Assembly: GCA_963422735.1 (NCBI GenBank)
Contig: OY730476.1
Location: forward strand, 2,528,001-2,592,000
Direction of reading: 5' to 3'
Source of the DNA: Candidatus Latescibacterota bacterium
GTDB taxonomy: Bacteria > Latescibacterota > UBA2968 > UBA8231
Length of the DNA: 64,000 nucleotides
Part shown: piece by piece, positions 59,204 to 64,000 of the stretch
Numbering within the stretch: the first letter of the stretch is position 1
How the letters are laid out: every line of letters starts with the position of its first letter
Program-made: the position numbers and the translations under genes
Notes under the pieces: generated by a model
The model's database searches: none
Told to the model about the DNA's origin: nothing
What the model saw: only the letters and a program-made list of their open reading frames with translations

Positions 59204-61462
59204 ATGACAATAATAAGGCAGATCGCTCTATACAGGGTTCAAATTTTTGCCGGATGGTTTTTTGTCTTAGTAGCCTGTGCTGGGCGAGAGCAGGCAGCCA
59301 GCACCCAGCGCATGGCCGAACTCCTAGAAGACATAGCAGTTAATGTCGATCCCGCCACGCATCCGTATGTTAATTTGGACCGAGTCGCATATTTCCGCAC
59401 GCGGTTGGACCGTCTGCGCCAATCCGGGGCGGGCGTCAATCCTCGGGGGCGAGAGCAAATCCTGCAGGCCCGCTTTTCTCTTGCCAACGAACTGCTGCAA
59501 GCCGGCCAATCCGATCGAGCAGTGCAAGAGTACCGGCAACTACAGACTGTGGTCCATCATCCTCGGCTTCGGCATTCCCTCCAACTGCTAGTGGGCTTGG
59601 CCTATCTCCGTTTGGGCGAGCAAGAAAATTGTATCGTGCAACACAATATCGACTCTTGTCTAATGCCGATCCGCGGCACCGGAGTGCATCAAATCAAGCG
59701 CGGATCGACCACCGCCATTGAGGAATTTTTGGGGGTTCTGAGCAGAAATATAGGCGACTTGTCGGCTCGTTGGCTACTCAATATCGCCTATATGACGCTG
59801 GGTCAGTACCCAGAAGAGGTGCCGCAGAATTTGCTGATTCCACCCGAAGTATTCACCTCTGACTACGATATTGGGGTTTTTCGCGATGTCGCTCCCCAGT
59901 TGGGGCTGGATGTGGTGGGACTTTCGGGGGGAGCCATTATGGAAGACTTTGACGGCGATGGCTATCTCGATATCGTGGCTTCATCTTGGGGACTGCGCGA
60001 CCCACTCCGCTACTTCCGCAACCAAGGAGACGGGACCTTCGCCGATCTCACACAAGCGGCAGGCTTGGAGGGTATTGTGGGTGGTTTGAATATCTGTCAG
60101 GCTGACTACGATAACAACGGCTATGCGGATGTGCTGGTGCTGCGCGGTGCTTGGCTCGACGAAGGACACTACCCCAACTCGCTATTGGCCAATCGGGGAA
60201 ATGGACACTTTGTCGATGCGACCGAGGCAGCCGGCTTGCTCACTTTTCACCCAACACAGACAGCGGCCTGGGGCGATTTTGACAACGACGGTTGGATCGA
60301 CCTGTTTGTCGGCAACGAATCGCAGGGGCAGGCCATTCATCCGTGCGAGTTGTTTCGCAACGAGGGCCAAGACTCTGGGCGTGGAGTCTCGGCGGTACAA
60401 TTCGTCAATGTGGCTGAGGCAGTGGGACTCGATGTGGTCGGATGGACCAAAGGAGTAGTCTGGGGCGACTACAACAACGATGGACAACTGGATCTGTACA
60501 TCTCGCGTCTGGAACCCGAAGAGTCTAATCTCCTTTTTCGCAATCAGGGGAGTGGGCGTTTCGCCGATGTGACGGCCACGGCAGGCGTAGCCGGACCGCC
60601 CTATAGTTTTCCGACTTGGTTCTGGGACTACGACAACGATGGGTGGCAGGATCTATTCGTCGCCGGTTTCAAGGGTGAGGTAGCGGACGTGGCGGCCGCT
60701 TATTTGGGCTTGCCACACCGCGCCGAAGAGCCTCGTCTATACCACAACAACGGCGACGGTACTTTTACCGATGTCACACGCAAGGTAGGGCTCGACGAGC
60801 CTCTCCTAGCCATGGGCAGCAATTTCGGCGACCTAGACAACGACGGGTACCAAGATTGTTATATCGGCACCGGCGACCCGTATATGGCTACGCTAGTCCC
60901 CAATCGCATGTTTCGCAATGCCGACGGCAATTTCTTCCAAGATGTCACCACCTCGGGTGGCTTTGGGCATTTGCAAAAGGGCCACGGTGTGGCTTTTGGA
61001 GATATTGACCACGATGGCGACCAAGATGTTTTTTCGGTCATTGGCGGGGCTTTTACCGGCGATGCCTATCAGAACGTCCTTTTTGCCAATCCAGGCCACG
61101 GCAATCATTGGATCAAGCTCCGGCTCGAAGGCAGGCGTACCAATCGGGCCGCCATTGGAGTGCGCGTAAAGGTGAGCGTGAATACCGCACATGGCAGCCG
61201 CGACATTTATTCCACGGTCACCAGCGGGGGTAGTTTTGGTGCCTCCAGCCTGCAATGCGAAATAGGCTTGGGACAGGCTGAGTCTATCCGGGCTATTGAA
61301 ATCGTCTGGCCCACCAGCGGGGAAGTGCAGCTTTTCAACGATATCGAAATGGACCAAAGCATGTACATCCGCGAAGGTGATTCGCGTCCGACTCGCTGGC
61401 AGCTCAAATCTTTCGCCATGGCCCCGGGCAATGGGCCGGACGGAATGGCACATACCCACTAG
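59204..61462 (+). CDS. CRTAC1-like FG-GAP repeat / ASPIC-UnbV protein
   Basis: Multiple D[FY]DNDGxxD repeats; NHWIKLRLEG..NRAAIGVRV; IEIVWP. Confidence 0.88.
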   Translation: MTIIRQIALYRVQIFAGWFFVLVACAGREQAASTQRMAELLEDIAVNVDPATHPYVNLDRVAYFRTRLDRLRQSGAGVNPRGREQILQARFSLANELLQAGQSDRAVQEYRQLQTVVHHPRLRHSLQLLVGLAYLRLGEQENCIVQHNIDSCLMPIRGTGVHQIKRGSTTAIEEFLGVLSRNIGDLSARWLLNIAYMTLGQYPEEVPQNLLIPPEVFTSDYDIGVFRDVAPQLGLDVVGLSGGAIMEDFDGDGYLDIVASSWGLRDPLRYFRNQGDGTFADLTQAAGLEGIVGGLNICQADYDNNGYADVLVLRGAWLDEGHYPNSLLANRGNGHFVDATEAAGLLTFHPTQTAAWGDFDNDGWIDLFVGNESQGQAIHPCELFRNEGQDSGRGVSAVQFVNVAEAVGLDVVGWTKGVVWGDYNNDGQLDLYISRLEPEESNLLFRNQGSGRFADVTATAGVAGPPYSFPTWFWDYDNDGWQDLFVAGFKGEVADVAAAYLGLPHRAEEPRLYHNNGDGTFTDVTRKVGLDEPLLAMGSNFGDLDNDGYQDCYIGTGDPYMATLVPNRMFRNADGNFFQDVTTSGGFGHLQKGHGVAFGDIDHDGDQDVFSVIGGAFTGDAYQNVLFANPGHGNHWIKLRLEGRRTNRAAIGVRVKVSVNTAHGSRDIYSTVTSGGSFGASSLQCEIGLGQAESIRAIEIVWPTSGEVQLFNDIEMDQSMYIREGDSRPTRWQLKSFAMAPGNGPDGMAHTH

Positions 61463-61518
61463 TCCCCCCGCCCGTTCGGCAAGACGTACGGCACTCTTTG
61501 AGAGAGGATAATTTTTCC

Positions 61519-63051
61519 ATGTATTTTCCGAGTCCATGGAAGGAATCGAGTACCATTTGCCGAATCGGCTATGCAATTTTATTGATATGGACCCTGTACC
61601 ACATTGGAGCCGTACATGGACAGGATGGCGAGGCGAGTGCTCCCTCAAGGAGCCAAGAGCATTATAGGCACGGTATGCGCCATGCCCAAAAGGGCGACTA
61701 TGAAAGCGCGGAGAGGGAGTACCGGAAAGCGATAGAACTAGATGCCAATAATATCTATCCGCACGACGGCCTCGGTTTCATATACGCCCTGCAAAGCCGA
61801 TTGGGCGAGGCGGAAGAGGAATTTGCCAAGGTACTCCAGATTGATCCGGGCTACGCACCAGCACACTACAAGTTGGGTAAAATTTTTTTTATTCGCCAAG
61901 AGTACGGCAAGGCTTTCGATTCTTACCACAAGGCCATTGAGGCTGCTCCCAAGTACTTTCCCGCTCACCACGGACTGGGTGTCATCTACGTACAGACCCA
62001 AGAGCGGGCTAAAGCAGCAGAGCACTTCAAAGCCGCTATCGAAATCAATCCCGACTACGCTCCCCCTCGCTACCGGCTCGGGACGATATATCTAGAAGAA
62101 GGGGACTATTCTCAAGCCATAGAGGAATTGCGGCAGGCGGCCAAGCTGGTCGCCAACGAACCATCTATCCACTTTGTCTTGGGGAACGCCTACATGGCAA
62201 TAGGCCAGCTTTCAGAAGCCGCAGAAGCATTCCACAGAACATTGCAACTCGAGCCGAGCTGGGCCGATGTGCACGATAAACTGGGCTTGGTCTATACCGA
62301 CCAGTCCTTGGCTCTACTGGGGGCTGTCATGGCGGACCAAGACAAGCTGGCAGCCGCCGTTGAAGAGCATCGCAAGGCCGTGGAATTGGCCCCTGAAAAC
62401 GGTTGGTTCCAGCACAATCTGGGTATGGCCTATGAACGCCAGCGACAGTACGACAAAGCAGCGGAGCAGTTCGTCAAGGCCCTCGCAGTCAATCCCGATA
62501 TGGCCTACACCCGTTATCGGCTCGGCATGATCTACTCGAGAGACAAAAAATACCAAGAAGCTATTGAGGAATACCAGTATGCCATCCGGCTCGAGCCCGG
62601 CCGGTCGGTTTTCCACTACGCCTTGGGGGCCGTATATGCTAAGATTGGCAGAGGGGAAGAGGCGATAGGCAAATTTAAAAAAGCCATCGAACTCGACTAC
62701 TACAATGCCGAAGCACATTTCGGTCTGGCCAACGCCTATCTGAAACAGGGCAGAGGCGAGGAAGGTGCAAAGGAGATGGAGAGCTTCAAAAAACTGCGCG
62801 AAGGCAATATAGCAGATATGGAACAACGGGTCGTCTTAGTGCCTGACAACCCAAGATACCACGGCGAATTGGCCGCTCACTATACCCAACAGGGCAGATA
62901 TATAAAGGCGATCAATGAGTACAAGCTGGCCATTGGTCTCGACCCGCATAATCTCGAGTACCGCCGATTGCTCAAAGATGTCTATATCAAAGCAGGGCGC
63001 TATCGGGAAGCGGAAGAGCAACAGGAGATTATCCAGAGCTTTGCCCAATGA
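61519..63051 (+). CDS. Tetratricopeptide repeat protein
   Basis: Many AHYKLG/AHHGLG..KAIE..P TPR units after an N-terminal hydrophobic segment. Confidence 0.88.
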   Translation: MYFPSPWKESSTICRIGYAILLIWTLYHIGAVHGQDGEASAPSRSQEHYRHGMRHAQKGDYESAEREYRKAIELDANNIYPHDGLGFIYALQSRLGEAEEEFAKVLQIDPGYAPAHYKLGKIFFIRQEYGKAFDSYHKAIEAAPKYFPAHHGLGVIYVQTQERAKAAEHFKAAIEINPDYAPPRYRLGTIYLEEGDYSQAIEELRQAAKLVANEPSIHFVLGNAYMAIGQLSEAAEAFHRTLQLEPSWADVHDKLGLVYTDQSLALLGAVMADQDKLAAAVEEHRKAVELAPENGWFQHNLGMAYERQRQYDKAAEQFVKALAVNPDMAYTRYRLGMIYSRDKKYQEAIEEYQYAIRLEPGRSVFHYALGAVYAKIGRGEEAIGKFKKAIELDYYNAEAHFGLANAYLKQGRGEEGAKEMESFKKLREGNIADMEQRVVLVPDNPRYHGELAAHYTQQGRYIKAINEYKLAIGLDPHNLEYRRLLKDVYIKAGRYREAEEQQEIIQSFAQ

Positions 63052-64000
63052 AAGCAGGCGCACAACCCATAGAGGCCGCTGGTTTATATGCATTTCTTTT
63101 TTTATCCTCGTTTCCTCACGGCTCTTAGCCGTCGAAGGACGGGAAGTAGAGAGGCGAGTCCAGTTCGTGGATGTAGCAGAGGAAGTAGGGGTTGTGGCGC
63201 AGAACGTCTCCGGGGATAGCGAGCAGACGTACTTGGTCGACAGCATGATGGGAGGATCGGCTTTTTTCGACTACGACCAAGACGGTGATTTGGATTTGTA
63301 CATCTTGAACGGGTCGAAAGTGGTTGGCTTTCCAGACTCAGAGCATCCGCGCAATACCTTTTATAGAAACGAGCACGGTAAATTCGTCGATGCTACCGAC
63401 GAAACGAACTTGGGCGACGCAGGCTGGGGTATGGGATGCACCGTCGGCGATTACGACAACGATGGCGACTTGGACATTTATATAACCAACTACGGCAGAA
63501 ACGTATTGTACGATAACCAAGGCGACGGGACTTTTGTCGATGTAACCGAGTACGCCCAAGTAGGAGATGAGCGGTTCAGCACGGGATGCGCCTTCCTCGA
63601 TTACGACGGCGACGGATATATAGATCTGTACGTAGCCAACTACGTCGATTTCAAGCACTTCCTAGCGACTACGCCCAACAAGTCCTATATGTGGAAAGGC
63701 TTAAGGGTTCATTTCGGACCCCGCGGGATGAAGGGGGGTGGGGATATCCTGTATCGCAACCAAGGCGACGGGACTTTTGCGGATGTGACCATGGAGACGC
63801 GGGTGGTGGACCAAGAGAAGCTCTACGGTATGGGCGTGATCGGCGGCGATTACGACCGGGACGGCGATGTGGACATCTATGTGGCCAACGACACTGGGCC
63901 TAATTTCCTTTATCAGAACCAAGGCGATGGCACTTTTGCCGACATTGGCTGGATGATCGGTGCTGCCTATGGCGAAAGCGGCGAGGCTCAAGGCTGTATG
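63041..64000 (+). CDS. CRTAC1-like FG-GAP protein, runs off the window end
   Basis: QFVDVAEEVGV, GGSAFFDYDQDGDLDLY, GMGCTVGDYDNDG; start codon uncertain. Confidence 0.85.
   Translation, partial: MPNESRRTTHRGRWFICISFFILVSSRLLAVEGREVERRVQFVDVAEEVGVVAQNVSGDSEQTYLVDSMMGGSAFFDYDQDGDLDLYILNGSKVVGFPDSEHPRNTFYRNEHGKFVDATDETNLGDAGWGMGCTVGDYDNDGDLDIYITNYGRNVLYDNQGDGTFVDVTEYAQVGDERFSTGCAFLDYDGDGYIDLYVANYVDFKHFLATTPNKSYMWKGLRVHFGPRGMKGGGDILYRNQGDGTFADVTMETRVVDQEKLYGMGVIGGDYDRDGDVDIYVANDTGPNFLYQNQGDGTFADIGWMIGAAYGESGEAQGCM

Noticed and set aside
1-64000. rRNA, tRNA, riboswitches, integrase or intact transposase
   Set aside because: None recognised by eye; covariance-model searches were not run

Overview
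GC-rich bacterial window. The gene content suggests a Latescibacterota/Poribacteria-like candidate-phylum organism (inference from the protein families present). It carries two peptide-type ABC transporter operons, catabolic enzymes (class V PLP enzymes, glycosylasparaginase, sulfatase, PhyH dioxygenase, enolase-superfamily dehydratase), TPR and FG-GAP/ASPIC-UnbV proteins, and an operon of secreted proteins with shared C-terminal sorting-like domains. Many decayed defence and toxin-antitoxin remnants lie between these. The standout is an Eco57I-like adenine methyltransferase (about 46.1-50.06 kb) with a 27-unit GGACA repeat. The repeat is followed by three tandem paralogous target-recognition-like cassettes, one in each reading frame, and each is reachable from the repeat without a stop codon. 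This looks like a three-way, repeat-length-controlled specificity switch rather than an ON/OFF switch. Also notable are a family of elements bounded by terminal inverted repeats (TIRs) and target-site duplications (TSDs), namely a 223-bp MITE and a 1.05-kb unit carrying an Rpn-family gene, a signal-peptide-bearing RidA, and a chimeric ECF sigma/beta-clamp-like/HicA ORF. All family calls come from motif recognition by eye; no searches were run.
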